Assembly: GCF_009914755.1 (NCBI RefSeq)
Contig: NC_060937.1
Length of the DNA stretch: 64,000 nucleotides
Source of the DNA: the human T2T-CHM13v2.0 reference genome, Homo sapiens
Direction: 5' to 3' (one strand)
This document shows positions 44,199 to 58,790 of the stretch, piece by piece. The position numbers were made by a program, and so were the translations under genes. Below the pieces are notes generated by a model. It searched no databases, was not told the DNA's origin, and was given only the letters and a program-made list of their open reading frames with translations. Within the stretch, counting starts at the first letter, position 1. Each line of letters opens with the position of its first letter.

Positions 44199-44695
44199 GT
44201 GATTCCTGATGGTCACTGGTTACTGGACTTGGAAAACTGTGTGAGTGCAAGCATAATTATTAGGATCACAGTGTATGCTGGGTTTTGTTAACTGCATTGA
44301 CAGCCTTAAAGAAAATGGTACCCTCAGATCAGCCAACTGTCAACTCAAGGTGTGCTGTGAAAGCTGGAGGCCTGTAGAAAGAGTTTAAAGAACCATGACC
44401 TCCTTTAGCCAGAGGAAGACTAGATATCTACAAAGACCTCACTTGAGGCTGATCCTTCCTCACAAGATGGTGTTCATCCTCCTGAGGGTCTTTGCTGTGA
44501 CCCCTTACCATCTCCAGACCAATGACCAGGATCAGGCCTCATAGCCCTGCCTGCCCTGAAAACATAGGGATAAAACAGATCCCAGTGGTTATTTAGCAAA
44601 TGTTCTGCATCCTCTATGTCTGCATCAGTTACTACCTCAAAACAGCTGGCATTTTGCCTTTTTTCCCCCACTAATTTAAAGCGCATTCTGAGAGC

Positions 44696-44906
44696 AGGGG
44701 TCAGCACACTCTTTCTTTAAGGGTCAGATTGTAAATATTTTCATTTCTGCAAACCATTTGGTCTTTGTTGTTATCCTCCACTTTGCCACTAGTAGACATA
44801 GATAATACACAAGCGAATGGGCATGGCTTTTGTTCCAATATAACTTGGTTTACAAAAACAGAAACAGGCCAGATTTGGCCCACAGGCTATAGTGTTCCAG
44901 CTTCAG
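44696..44906. mobile_element. MER58A MITE
   Basis: CAGGGGTCAGCA..AAGGGTCAGATTGTAAATATTT..TTTACAAAAACAG..GGCCAGATTTGGCCCACAGGCTATAG. Confidence 0.85.
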
Positions 44907-44971
44907 TCTTGGAAAATCATTTAATCTCTCTGGGTTTCATTTCTACACCTGTAAAATTAGAGTATTGTTCT

Positions 44972-45525
44972 AAGACAATGCCTCTCACACTCCAGCTAGC
45001 GTTAGAATCATGTGGAGAGCTACTGAAAGCACAGATTCTTGCACCTTACTCCCAGTGATTCCAGTTGAATAGGTCTGGAGTGGGATCTGCATTTTTAACA
45101 TGCTCCCAGGTAAAACTAGTGCCGCTGGTCCAGGGACCATGCTTTGAGTAGCAGAAGTCTTGGGCAGTACTTCTCATCCCTGGCTTCAGAGGAGACTCGT
45201 GCTGAGAACTTTTAAAAAGATACTGATCCCTCTGTTCCACCTAAGACCAATTAAATTACAAGCAGAATCCAGGCTTCTGAGCATTTTAAAATTTCCCCCA
45301 AGGGATCATGTACAATCAGGGTTGAGATCCACTGGTGGAGGTGAGCTCCACAGCCCTGCCCTCCAAGTATGATTCTTGATGAGTGGCCTTGGCATCAGCA
45401 CAACGTAGGAACTTCCCAGTAACACACAGTCTCGGGCTCCACCTTGACCTACTGAATCAGAATCCACATTATAACAAGATCCCTTGGTGATGCATGAACA
45501 CATTAAAGTTGGGGAAATGGGGTTC
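44972..45525. mobile_element. Three adjacent MER5-family MITEs (MER5A ~44972-45155, MER5B ~45163-45335, MER5A1 ~45355-45525)
   Basis: TCTGCATTTTTAACA..GCTGGTCCAGGGACCA.GCTTTGAGTAGCA; CAGTACTTCTCATCCCTGGCT..AGGGTTGAGATCCACTG; GACCTACTGAATCAGAATC..AACAAGATCCC..CACATTAAAGTT. Confidence 0.75.
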
Positions 45526-45621
45526 TACAGGAAGGAATGGATGAATATTTTCACAGGTTCCTCTTCTCCTACTACACACCAGGCACTGGGTGGGCTATAC
45601 TTAAGTCACTTAAACTTGCCT

Positions 45622-46242
45622 GTGTAGGTTTTCTACTGCTGTCCTGACAGATTAACATAAACTTAGTAACTTAAAGCAACACTCATTTATTTTCTCACAG
45701 TTCTGTGGATTGGCAGTCTGGGGAGGCTCAAGTGGGTTCTCTGCTCAGGATCTCACAGGCCCAGAGCAGGGTATTGCTGTGTTAGGCTCTTAACTCAGGC
45801 TTGGGGAAGGAATCCACTTCTAAGCTCAATTACGTTTTTGGCAGAATCAAGCTTCTTGCAGTTGTAGGACTGAGGTTGCTGTTTTCTTGTGAGCTGTTGG
45901 CCAGGGGTTGCCTTCTGCTTCTAGATGTCTCTTTGAGTTCCTTTTAACTTTTACATTATGTTCAAAGATAGCAACCATTCATCATATCCTCCTCATGCTT
46001 CCAACCTCTCTGACTCCTCCTTCCGCTACTAGCTAGTGAAAACTTGCTTTTAAAGAGCTCGTGTGATTATATTAAACTCACCTCCATAATCGCCAATTTT
46101 ACTAATTCAAGGTTGATGGATTAGTAACCTTAATAACATCTGTAAAATTCCTTTTTCCATAGATGTGTTATCTCGTATATTCCCAGTCACTGGCATTAGG
46201 GCTGAAGGTCTTGGGGGACATTTAAGAATTCTGTCTACCTCA
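45622..46242 (-). mobile_element. MaLR LTR MLT1E-like
   Basis: AAACTTAGTAACTTAAAGCAACAC.CATTTATT.TCTCACAGTTCTG..GAATCCACTTCTAAGCTC..AGAATTCTGTCTACCTCA. Confidence 0.85.
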
Positions 46243-46379
46243 ATGTACCATGCCACTTACACGTCAGTCTTAGAGTCAGATTTTGAATCTAGGTGTGTCT
46301 GATCCTAAGGCTTATATGAACATTATTTTACCAATTTGTTTCTCTGTGGTAAGAACAAAGGTGTTCTTTGTTCAGAGAA

Positions 46380-46580
46380 ATTTATAGTTATCAAAGAGCT
46401 TTCACATTGATTTTATTGTTTGGTCTCATAAAAGACCTTTATTAGGTATTATTATTCTTTTTATGGGGGATTGAGAATGTTTAATTATTTGTTCAAGGGC
46501 CTATAAGCAGAATATAGAAAATTCAGGACTGAAGAATGGGTCTCCTGATTCCAAATTTCATACTTTTCCTTTTATATTAC
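46380..46580 (-). mobile_element. MIR fragment
   Basis: AAAGAGCTTTCACA..AGGTATTATTATTCTTTT..GGTCTCCTGATTCCAAA. Confidence 0.55.
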
Positions 46581-49364
46581 CACAATTTTATAATTTCTTA
46601 TTTAGATCATTCTTGTTGTCTAATTAGAAAACAAATTTACCAGGATAGAATAAAAGAAACTAGCAGAGTAGTTGTAGATAGGATGCAAATGTCTGAATCC
46701 TGCAGTGGGCCCTGCACAGAAAAATAGACCCACCTGTTACGCTAATTGAAGGAAAAACTCTGCTGAAATTCAGAGAAGTACTCCATTCAGGTCTTAAAAA
46801 TTATTGTTCTTAAAGAAGACAGTCATTCAATTTTTAAATGTAATTTAGAAAACAACCAATTCACAAAACAAACACTTTTTACTGAATTACAAGTCAATCA
46901 TGACCTTACTTTGGAGAAATGACAGGAAATATTGGCAAATCATGTGGATGCAACTCACATTTGTGATAAGAAAGTTAGCCTGCTCCCATGGATGAAGCTT
47001 AAGGAGAATCATAAAACCATCCTCCTTCTAGTGACTATCTTTCAGTTCATTCTCTTTTTGTTTCAAAAGCAAAGAAACCAATGTGACCTGAATGAACTAT
47101 AATTACAAAGCTAAGATTCTTTCAGAGGGCAGGATGATATCTACTGGTTGGGGTTTTCTTGGCATGGCCAACTAGGATTCTGGTATATAGGGCATGTCTC
47201 TCATGAGTCCCCTAATAATGTAATCATTTTTTCTTCTCCATATGGTGCAAAAGTCATATCTAGTGAGAAAGTATCCTTACATTGCCAGTTTAGAAGTTAT
47301 TTTATGCTTAAAAAATGGCCCAGTCAGTTGTTCAAATAAAAAACAGCTGGAAATTCAATATCTTGGGCTGTTTCCTTGTCATCATTTATAGATGTAAGGG
47401 GTTTCATTACAATCTGAGAGGCAGTCTATGATTTAAACAAATTATCAAAAAAATTAGGCCTTGGTCAGCTCAATTTTATTAAAAGCCTTCAGATCTTAAA
47501 GGATCAATGACTACAAGAGAAAGGTTAACCCCCAGGGCTCCTGGTTGGTGAACAAACACATCAAAGTGAAATCAGAGTTAAAAGCTATTGTTCCCTTGGC
47601 TAACTTTTGCCTCTGTCATATTCAGTTGATTTGAAGAGATGAGGAATGATAAACAGGACCAGGTTACAAACATAGAACTGTTACATTTTGTTCATTTAGC
47701 CAGGAGCTTTATTCTTTTGTTTTTCATGAGATGGGTCATTTTAATAGTCAACGGTGTTGACGACAGTCACCATTCAATCTGTCATTTCTAATACAGTCTT
47801 TCCTAGGAGAATATTTCTCACGTGTTTGACAGAAAACATTATCTGTCCATCATTTCCATGGATTCCTGGGTCTCACGGGCAGAAGGACAAGGCAGATATG
47901 AGGCGGATCTGGTAAAGTAAGTCATTGTGTACTCTTTGTATTTGTTTGAAGATATTTGGTCATTTTCAGTCATATATGTGATGGAGAACCAGTTGTTAGA
48001 ACAATGTGTATATTGATGGAGAAACAGGTGGGCCAGAGTGGTCGGTAGTCTGTGTGACAAACAGTGATGCCACTTTCACTATCTGAAAATGAATGAATAT
48101 ATTCATAGTAGTGGGCATGCAAAGGTAATAAAGACCTGACCCCCAACATCAATAATATAATAATGATGAATTCATATTCTAAATCTGATCATTTAAGGAA
48201 GGCCATCCATATCTCCATCACAATCACTTAAACAAATGCAAAAATGGATATTCTTTCTAGAATATTTCTGATGAAATTGCTTCTGAAGGCTGCAAATTAG
48301 TGCTCAAGACCCTGTTGAAAAGCAGTTTCCTGTATTCACTTATGAAGTCAAATGCAGAAATTATATTTATTTGGATTTTATTTATAGCAGAGAGAATAAC
48401 TTAAAAACTGACATAGCATTCTTTTCAAATCTGAACTCAATGTCTGATTTTTGGAAGATTCATATCAGCTCTACTCTTATAAATCAGAAAACAAAAACAA
48501 AACAAACAAACAAAAAACAACAACAAAAAAAGAAAAACAGGCCCAGACACCAGCAGTGACCCAGTCAACCACTGGCCAGTCAATATGAGAGCCAGCTGGT
48601 TCTTCTAGTGAAACCTTCACCTTTCTAATCAGAGGGTTTCAGGTTTTGCTCTCTATTGAGTCAATTGCTTGAGGGTAGAAAAAGAAAATCTTCGAATTGC
48701 ATTACATACCACTCCTTTCCCTTTCTATAGATTTCCCCCTCTCTCCTTTCCAGGAATATTGATTTTCTTCCCTGGGTTTCTGAAAAAGCTTTTCTCCCCA
48801 GGCATCTTTATTTGGTTTGCTGACCAAAGCATTATTCACACTTCTCCTGCGGCCACGCCAATGCCACACCCGCTGCAAGGTGCTCCCGGTCTCCTACCTC
48901 TGAACAACAGTGGTCTGAATCTCTGACTTGAGCCGTGCAGCCCTTTGAAAGAAAAGTCATTTAGGAGCTCAGCCCTCTGAGGATGTAAAGCCCGTCGCAG
49001 GTGCTTGTTTTGTCTGTCTCCGTGTGTGGAAGATGCCTTCTGTGAGGTCCTGCGCCTCTGCGTAAGCAGCTGAGTAGCTCCTTGGGCTGACAAAATACTT
49101 TGTTGTGGCTCCATTACACACCCAGGGCAACCTCTTTAGCTGGATTTTGCAGACCGGGAAATGGGCTCTGAGGGGAAGTCACGCCTCATCTCAAGGTTTA
49201 CTGAGGAGCCACGAGGAGGCCCCACCGCTGCCACAGCTAACTCATGGCCTCCGGCCAGGAAGTCTGGAGATTTTAAGACCATAATGTCAGCCAGGGTGAC
49301 CTCTGGAACCTGTTCACCCCTTCACCCGTTGTGAACAAGAGAGCTGAATAGCCACTATCACAGA

Positions 49365-49546
49365 TAATAACAACAGCTGACATTATTAATAGGATGCCTT
49401 ACAGGCTGTAAAATACTTTCACAAACAGGATCTCATTTGATCCTCATAATCTCAACATGAGGTGCGTAAAGCAAGCAATTATTACTAATCTCCTTTTACA
49501 GAAGAGAAAAGGAAGTCCTGAGAGATGAATCCACTTCTGGGAGGTC
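49365..49546 (-). mobile_element. MIR fragment
   Basis: ATCTCATTTGATCCTCATAAT..TTTTACAGAAGAGAAAA. Confidence 0.65.
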
Positions 49547-50308
<762 letters not shown>

Positions 50309-53300
50309 CAGGGCACAGGGTAAAGATCAGAGGTGGCTTCCTGTCACTCATCCAGCCAGCCACCCAGCTATGGTTACCCACAGGGCCTGATAGCCATCCC
50401 TGCCAGCGGTCAGGGTTGCATTGTGGCCCCCACTCCAGGCCTTGCTTATTGCAGGCTTGGTTCCCATGGCTGCTCTCTGTGTTCTTGCAACCTTGCATCC
50501 TGCCAGAATCTCTGGAAGAAAGCTCTTTGGCGAGAAATGAAGAACAATCCCATAGGTGCTCCAGGAAAGTTCATTATTTTGTGTACTCTGGTGTCTTACC
50601 TTAATCAGAGAACAGTTGTCTGTGATCCTCAAAGAGGGAATTAAAGGGAGGAATGGAACCAGAATTCAGTGACAACTGGAATGAGTGACTGAGGTGTAGC
50701 GTCAATCATCAAGGTTTATTAAACTACTTAGGGTGCGTCTGGAAAAAACATGAGCCACAAATACATCTGGGGTTGTTTTTCCAAAGAGGTTTTTGGGAGA
50801 TTTAGTATTTATACATTTCCTTAGAGGGAAAAGGCATGTGGAAAGAGGGGCAGGTAGGCAGTTGGCAAATACTACATTTTACATAAGATAAGGCAAATGA
50901 AGAGAGAAAGAGAGTAAAGGAATAGTCCATTTTACTTATGTCTTTGTTCTGCACCTGGGAGGACGTTCTTCATGACATCAGTGTGGAATCAACAAACTTT
51001 AGTTTTAGGAGCTAGGCTTAGTTTGTAGACCTACAGTTATAACTGGTGGTTCTGTTGATGGGATGCCAGTGAAGAATGTACTTAGGAATGATCTGTGAGG
51101 ACTGTCCTTTCCTGATGCCTGAGTCCTTTTTCTTGGGGTGAGCGGGGGGTACAAAATAGGAGCATATATTTATGGAGTACATGAGATGTTTTGATACGGG
51201 CATGCAATGTGTAATAATCATGTCATGGACAATGAGGTATCCATCCCCTCAAGCATTTATCCTTTCTTTTATGAACAATCTGATTACACTTTTTTACTTA
51301 TTTTAAAATGAACAATTAAGTTATTATTGACTATAATCACCTTATTGCCAATGTTTGTCATTCTGTGCCTGGCTTATTTCACTTGATAGAATGTTCGCCA
51401 GTTCCATCCATGTTGCTGCAAATGTCAGGATCTCATTCTCTTTTAAGACTGAATAGTGCTCCATTGTGTATATGTAGCACATTTTCTTTATCCATTCATG
51501 TGTTGATGGACACAGGTTGCTTCCAAATCTTAGCTATTGTGAACAGGGCTGCAACAAACATGAGAGTGCAGAAATCTCTTGCATATACTGATTTCCTTTG
51601 TTTTGGGTGTATACCCAACAGTGGGATTGCTGGACCATATGGTAGCTCTATTTTTAGTTTTTTGAGGAACTTTCAAACTGTTCTCCATTGTGGTTGTACT
51701 AATTTATATTCCAACTAACAGTGTAGGAGTGTTCCCTTTCCTCCACATCCTCGCCAGCATTTGTTACTGCCTGTCTTTTGGATATAAGCCATTTTAACTG
51801 GGGTGAGATGATATCTCATGGTAGTTTTGTTTTGCATTTCTCTGATGATCAATGATGTTGAGCACTTTTTTGTATGCCTGTTTGCCATTTGCATGTCTTC
51901 TTCTGAGAAACCTCTATTCAAATCTTATGTCCAGTTTTTTGATCAGATTATTAGACTTTTTCCTATAGAGTTGTTTGAGTTCTTTATATATGGCGCTTAT
52001 AAATCCCTTGTCAGATCGGTAGTTTGCAAATATTTTCTCCCATTATGTAGGTTGCCTCCTCACTTTGTTGATTGTTTCCTTTGCTGTGCAGAAGGTTTTT
52101 ACCTTAATGTAATCCCATTTGTCCACTTCTGCTTTGGTTGCCTTGCTTGCTGGGTATTACTCAAGAAATTTTTACCCAAACCAATGTCCTGGAGAGTTTT
52201 TTCTATGTTTTCTTGTAGTAATTTCATAGTTTGAGGTCTTAGATTTAAGTCTTTAATTCATTTTGATTTAATTTTTGTATATGACCAGAGATAGGGGTCT
52301 AGTTTTTTCCTGCATATGAATATCCAGTTTCCCCAGAACCATTTATTGAAGAAACTGTCTTTTCCCCAGTGTATGTTCTTGGCACCTTTATTGAAAATTC
52401 ACATATTGTAGGTGTGTGGATTTATTTCTGTGTTTTCTATTCTGTTTCATTGGTCTATGTGTCTGTTTTAATGCCAGTACCATGCTATTTTGGTTACTAT
52501 GGTTCTGCAGTATAATTTGAAGTCAGGTAATGTGATTCTTCCAGTTTTGTTCTATTTGCTTAGGACAGCTTTGGCTATTCTGGGTGTTTTGTGGTTCCAC
52601 ATAAATTTTAGGATTGTTTTTTCTATTTCTCTAAAGAAGTTCAGTGGTATTTTGACAGGTATTGCATTGAATCTGTAGATTGATTTGGGTAGTATGGACA
52701 GTTTAATAATATTGATTCTTCCAATTTATGAACATGGAATATCTTTCCGTTTTTTTGGTGTTGTCTTCAGTTTCTTTCATCAGTGTTTTGTTGTTTCATT
52801 ATAGAGATCTGTTGCTTCTTTAGGTTAATTCCTAGGTTTTTAATTTTACTTTTGGCTTTTGTAAATGGGATTTACAAAAATTTCTTTTTCAGGTTGTTCA
52901 CTGTTGGTATACAGGAATGCTAATGATTTCTGTACGTTGATTTTATATCCTGCAACTTTACTAAATTTGTTTATCAGTTTTAATAGTTTTTTGGTGGAGT
53001 CTTTAGGTTTTTCCAAATATAAGATCATATCATTTGCAAACAAGGAGAATTTCACTTCTTTCTTTCCAATTTGGATGCCATTTATTTCTTTCTTCTGATT
53101 GCTTTAGCTAGGAATTCCAGTAGTATGTTGGATAATACTAGTGAAAGTGGGCATCCTTGTCATGGTCATGTTCCATATCTTAGAAAAAAGCTTTCAGTTT
53201 TTCCCCATTCAATATGATACAAGCTGTGGGTCTGTCATATATGGCTTTTATTATGTTGAGGTGTGTTTCTTCTACACCCAGTTTTTTTAGGGTTTCTTAT

Positions 53301-55365
53301 CATGAAATGATGTTGAATTTTATTGAATGCTTTTTTGGCATCAATTCAAAAGATCCTTATATCCTTTATTCTGTTTTATCCTTTATCCTTTATTCTGTTG
53401 ACATGATGTATCATGTTGATTAATATACATATGTTGAAAAATTCTTGCCTCCCAGGGATAAATCCCACTTGGTTATGATGAATGATCTTTCTAATGTGTT
53501 GTTGAATTCAGTTTGCTAGTATTTTGTTGAGGACTTAAAGGCCAGAGATTTTGGCCTGTGGTTTTCTTTTTTTGAGTGTCTTTGTCTGGTTTTGCATTAT
53601 AGAATGAATTTGGAAGTATTCACTTCTCCTCTATTTTTCAAAATGGTTTGAGTAGGATTAGTATTAGTTCTTCCTTAAATGTTTGGTAGAATTCAGCAGT
53701 AAAGCCATTGGGTCCTGGGCTTTTCTTTACTGAGAGAATTTTTATTTGATCTCATTACTTGTTATTGGTTTGTTTAGGTTTTGAATTTCTTACTGGCACA
53801 AGCTTGGTAGGTTTTATGTGTCTAGAAATTTGTCCATTTCTTGGAGAAATTCCAATTTATTGGCCTATAGTTGCTTATAGTAGCCACTAATGATCCTTTG
53901 AATTTTTGCAGTATCAGTTGTGAAGTCTCCTATTTCATTTCTGATTTTATGTTTTTGTACCTCTATTTTTTAAATTAGTTTGACTAAAAGGTTTGTCAAT
54001 TGTGTTTAACTATAAAAAGAACCTTTTTGTTTTATTGATCCTTTTTATTATTTTTTTTCATTTCAATTTCACTTATTTCTGCTCTGATCTTTATTACTTT
54101 TCTTTTACTAATTTTGAGTTTGGTGTGCTCTTGTTTTTCTATTTCTTTAAGATGCATCATTAGATCACTTATTTGAAGGATTTCCCCTTTTTTGATGTAA
54201 GCATTTGTAGATATAAACTTCATCTTAGTACTGCTTTTGCTGTATCCCATAGGTTTTGGTATGTTGTTTCCATTAACATCTGTTTCAAGACATTTTTCAA
54301 TTTCCCTCTTAATTTCTCCATTGATCCACTAGTCATTCAGGAGCATATTGCTTAATTTCCATGTGTTTGTGTACTTCCCAAAATTCCTCATGTTATTGAT
54401 TTCTAGTTTTATTCCATTGTGGTCAGAGAAGATGCTTGGAATTATTTTAATTTTTTGAATGTTTTAAGATTTGTTTTTCACCTAATGTATGGTCTACGCT
54501 TGAGAATGATCCTTGCACTGAGGAAAAGAATGTATATTCTGCAGCCATTGGATGAAATGTTCTATAAATATCTATTAGATCCATTTGGCCTATAGTGAAG
54601 ATTAAGTCGGATGATTCTTGGTTGATTTTCTGTCTAAAAGATCTGTCCAATGCTGAAAGTGGGGTGTTGAAGTCTCCAGCTATTCTCGTATTAGAGTCTA
54701 TCTTTCTCTTTAGCTCTGACATTTGCCTTATACATCTGGATGCTCCAGTATTGGGGACATATATATCTAAAATTGTTATTCATATATTATCTTGCTGAAT
54801 TGGCCCTTTAATCATTATATAGTGACCTTGTTTGTCATTTCTTATAGATTTTGTCTCAAAAATCTATTTTGTCTGAAAATATAGTGACTCCTGCTTATAT
54901 CAGACAAATTTGATATTTTTCCATCCCTTTATTTTCAGTCTGTGTGTGTCTTTATAGGTGGTGTGTTTCCTATAGGCAAGATATCAGCAGGTCTTGCTTT
55001 TTTCATTCATTTAGCCAGGCTATGCCTTTTAATTTGGGAGTTTAGTCCATTTATATTCAATGTTATTATTGATAAGTAAAGACTTCCTCCTGCCATTTTG
55101 TTATTGTTTTCTGGTTGTTTTGTGGTCTTCTCTTCCTTCCCTCTTTTTCTTCCTGTATTCAATTAACTGAAGGTGATTTTCTCTGGTGATATGATTTAGT
55201 TTCTTGCTTTTCCTTTTTTGTGTATCCATTGTATGTTTTTTGGTTTGAAGTTACCATGAGGCCTGCAAATACTAGCTTATAACCCGTGATTGTAACCCAA
55301 TAGCAACTTAACCACTGTTTGCATAAATAAACAAGCAAAAAGATAACTAATAAACACTCTACACA

Positions 55366-55662
55366 TTTTTTTTTTTTTTTGAGACAGTGTCTTTGCTCTG
55401 TTGCCCAGGCTGGAGTGCAGTGGTGCAATCTCAGCTCACGGCTCTTTCTGCCTCCATATTCAAGTGATTCTCATACTTCAGTCTCCCAAGTAGTGGAGAT
55501 TATAGTCATGTGCCAGCATGCCCAGCTGATTTTTGTGTTTTTAGTAGAGATGGGGTTTCACCATATTGGCCAGTCTGGTCTCGAACTCCTGACCTCAAGT
55601 GATCCGCCTGCCTCAGCCTCCCAAAGTGCTGGGTTTATAGGCATAAGCCACAATACCTGGCC
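55366..55662 (-). mobile_element. Alu (old AluS/J-like) inserted in L1
   Basis: Full dimer; TSD AACA(C/T)TCTACA. Confidence 0.93.
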
Positions 55663-58600
55663 AACATTCTACATCTTAACTTCATCCCCCCACTTTTTAA
55701 CGTTTTGTTTTATCTATTTACATTTTCTTATACTGTCTATGTCTTGAAAAGTTGTTCTAGTTACTATTTTTGACTGGTTCATCATTTAGTCTTTCTACTT
55801 AGAATAAAAGTAGTTTACACACCACAGTTACAGTGTTGTAATAGTCTGTGTTTGTATACTTACCATTAACAGTGAGTTTTGTATCTTCAGGTGATTACTT
55901 ATTGTTCATTAACACCCTTTTCTTTCTGATTGAAGTACTCCCTTTAGCATTTCTTGTAGGACAGGTCTAGTGTTGATGAAATCCTCAGCTTTTGTTTGTC
56001 TGGGAAAGTCTTTATTTCTCTTTCATGTTTGAGGGGTATTTTTTGCCAGATATACTGTTCTGGGGTGTACATTTTCTTCTTTCAGCACTTTAAATATGTC
56101 ATGCTACTCTCTCCTGGCCTGTAAGATTTCCATTGAAAAGTCTGCTGCCAGAAGCATTGGTGCTTCGTTGTATGTTAATTGTTCCTTTTCTCTTGTTGCT
56201 TTTAGGATCCTTTATCCTTGATCTTTATCCTGAATTTGATTATTAAATGCCTTGAAGTGGTCTTCTTCGGGTTAAATCTGCTTGGTGTTCTATAACTTTC
56301 TTGTACTTGGATATTGATATCTCTCTCTAGGTTTGGGAAATTCTCTGATATCCCTTTAAATAAACTTTCTGCCCCTATGTCTTTCTCTGCCTCTTCTTTA
56401 AGGTCAATAACTCTCAGATGTTCCCTTTTGAGGCTATTTTATAAATCCTGTAGGTGTGCTTAATTGTATTTTATTCTTTTTTCTTTTGTCTCCTCTGGCT
56501 GTGTATTTTCAAACAGCCTATCTTCAGGCTCACTAATTCTTTCTTCTGCTTGATCAGTTCTGCTATTAAAAGACTCTGATGCATTCTTCAGTATGCCAGT
56601 TGCATTTTTCAGCTCCAGAATTTCTGCTTGATTCTTTTTAATTACTTCAGTCTCTGTTAAATTTCCCTGATAGAATTCTGAATTCCTTCTCTGTGTTATC
56701 TTGAATTTCTTTGAGTTTCCTCAATATAGCTATTTTGAATTCTCTGTCTAAAAGGTCACATATCTCTGTTTCATTAGGATTGGTCCCTGGTGCCTTATTT
56801 AGTTCATTTGATAAGGTCATGATTTCCTGGATGGTGCTGATGCTAGATGTTCTTCGGTGTCTGGGCATTGAAGAGTTAGGTATTTATTGTTGTCTTCACT
56901 GTCTGGGCTTGTTTGTACCCATCCTTCTTGGGAAGGCTCCAGATACTTAAAGAACTAGCGTGTTGTGATATAAGCTGTATCTGCTTTAGGGGGCACCCAA
57001 GCCCAGTAACACTGTGGTTCTTGCAGACTAGCAGAGATATACCATCTGGTATCTCTTGGTATTGATGGTCGTGGACAAGATCGAGGAGAATTCTCTAGAT
57101 TACCAGGCAGAGACTCTTGTTCTCTTCCCTTACTTCCTCCCAAACAAACAGGGTCTCTCTATCTCTGTTCTGAGCCACCTAAAGCTGGAGGTGAAGTGAC
57201 ACAAGCACCCCTGTGGCTACCATCATTATGACGGCACTTGGTTGAACTGAAGCCAGCACAGCACTGGGTCTCACCCAAGGTCTGCTGTAACCTCTCTCTG
57301 GCCACTGCCTATGTTCACTCAAGGCCCTTGGGCTTTAGAGTAAGCAGATGGCAAAGCCAACCAGGCCTTTGTCTTTTCCTTCAGGGCAGCAAGTTTGCCC
57401 AGGCCCCTGGAGGGTCTAGAGGTGCCATCTGGGAGTCAGGGACTACAGTCAAAAACCTTAGAAGTCTACTTGGTGTTCTACTGTATTGCAGCTGAGCTGG
57501 CACTCAAACCACAAGACACAGTCCTTCCTGCTCTTCCTTCCCCTTTCCAAAGGCAAAGGAGCCTCACCCTGAAGTCCCTGCCACCACAGGTCACAGGGAG
57601 TACTGCCAGACTACTGCCGATGATCCCTTAAGACCCAAGAGCTCTTCAGTCAGCTTGTGGTGAATGCTGCCTGGCCTGGGACTCACCCTTCAGGGTAGTG
57701 GGCTCCCTTCTGGACACAGGCAGGTCCAGAAATGCCATCCAAGAGTCAAGTTCTGGAATAAGGGACCCCAGGAGCCCACTTGGTGCTCTACCCTTCTGTG
57801 GCCAAACCAGCACCTAAGGTGAAGGACAAAGTCCCCTTTACTTTTCCTTCTGCTTTTCTCAAGCAGAAGGACTCTCTTACTAGAGCTACCATAGCTGGGA
57901 ATGTGCCGAGTCTCACCTGAAGCCAGCAAGTCTCAGAGGCTCACCAAGGCCCTCAACATAGTTCCTGGGTATTGCTGCTGTTTATTCAGGGCCCACGGGC
58001 TCTTCAGTTAGAAGGTGTTGAGTGCTGGCAGGACTGAGTTCTTCCCTTCAAGACAGCAGGTTCCCTTCTGGCCCGGGATGTGTCTAGAAATGTCATCCAG
58101 GCGCCAGGTCCTGGATCAAAGCCCTCACAACTGTGACTGGTATCCTATCCTGCTGTGGCTTAGCCGGTATCCAAGATACAAGACAAAGTCCTCCCCACCC
58201 TTCCCTCTCCTCTCCTCAAGCAGAAGGAAGGGGTCTCTTTTGGAGCCACAAGCTGTGCAGCCTGGGGTTAGGGGAGGGGCGATGCCAGTACTCCCTTGTC
58301 TTCCCCAGCTTGTGTCTCAGTATGTCGCACATCCCCAGTCCACTGTCTCTGGGCCTGGTTCAGCAGTAGCTCTTGCCTAAGAGTTGCAGTTCCTGTGGCC
58401 TAGACTGCTTTTCAAGTTTACTTGGAGATACAGAGCGCTGTAGCTCTCAGTGGTGAGGTTTGCAGAAACTCAAGTTTGCACGGCTGGGATCTGTGATCCT
58501 TTCTGGCTAGGGCTGGTTTAAATGTTCCCTCTGTGGGTGAGAGTGAGCTGAGTTAGGTCCTTTCGGTTTTCCTTTCTGCTCTAACAGGACAGCACTGAGT

Positions 58601-58740
58601 TCAGTGCTTCACAATTGCTGTGCTCTCCCTCCTCTAGTGCCTAGAGATGCTCTCCACACCACATCACAACGGTTTTTCCTGCCTCTGAAGTTAAAACCAG
58701 GTACTATGAGGGCTCACCTGATTTTTGGTTCTGATGAAGG

Positions 58741-58741
<1 letters not shown>

Positions 58742-58784
<43 letters not shown>
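58742..58784. repeat. (TG)21 microsatellite within L1 5' UTR
   Basis: Direct reading. Confidence 0.97.

Positions 58785-58790
<6 letters not shown>

Larger units (their letters stand above)
42676..44425 (+). mobile_element. ERVL internal (ERV3-16A3-like) 5' pieces, interrupted by several younger elements
   Basis: GGACCCCATTGCTGGTGATAAGAGGAGTGGTGATAATCCTTGG..CAGGTGGAAGGTAATGCA; resumes ..CTCAGATCAGCCAACTGTCAACTCAAGG..TGTGAAAGC at ~44245-44420. Confidence 0.55.
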
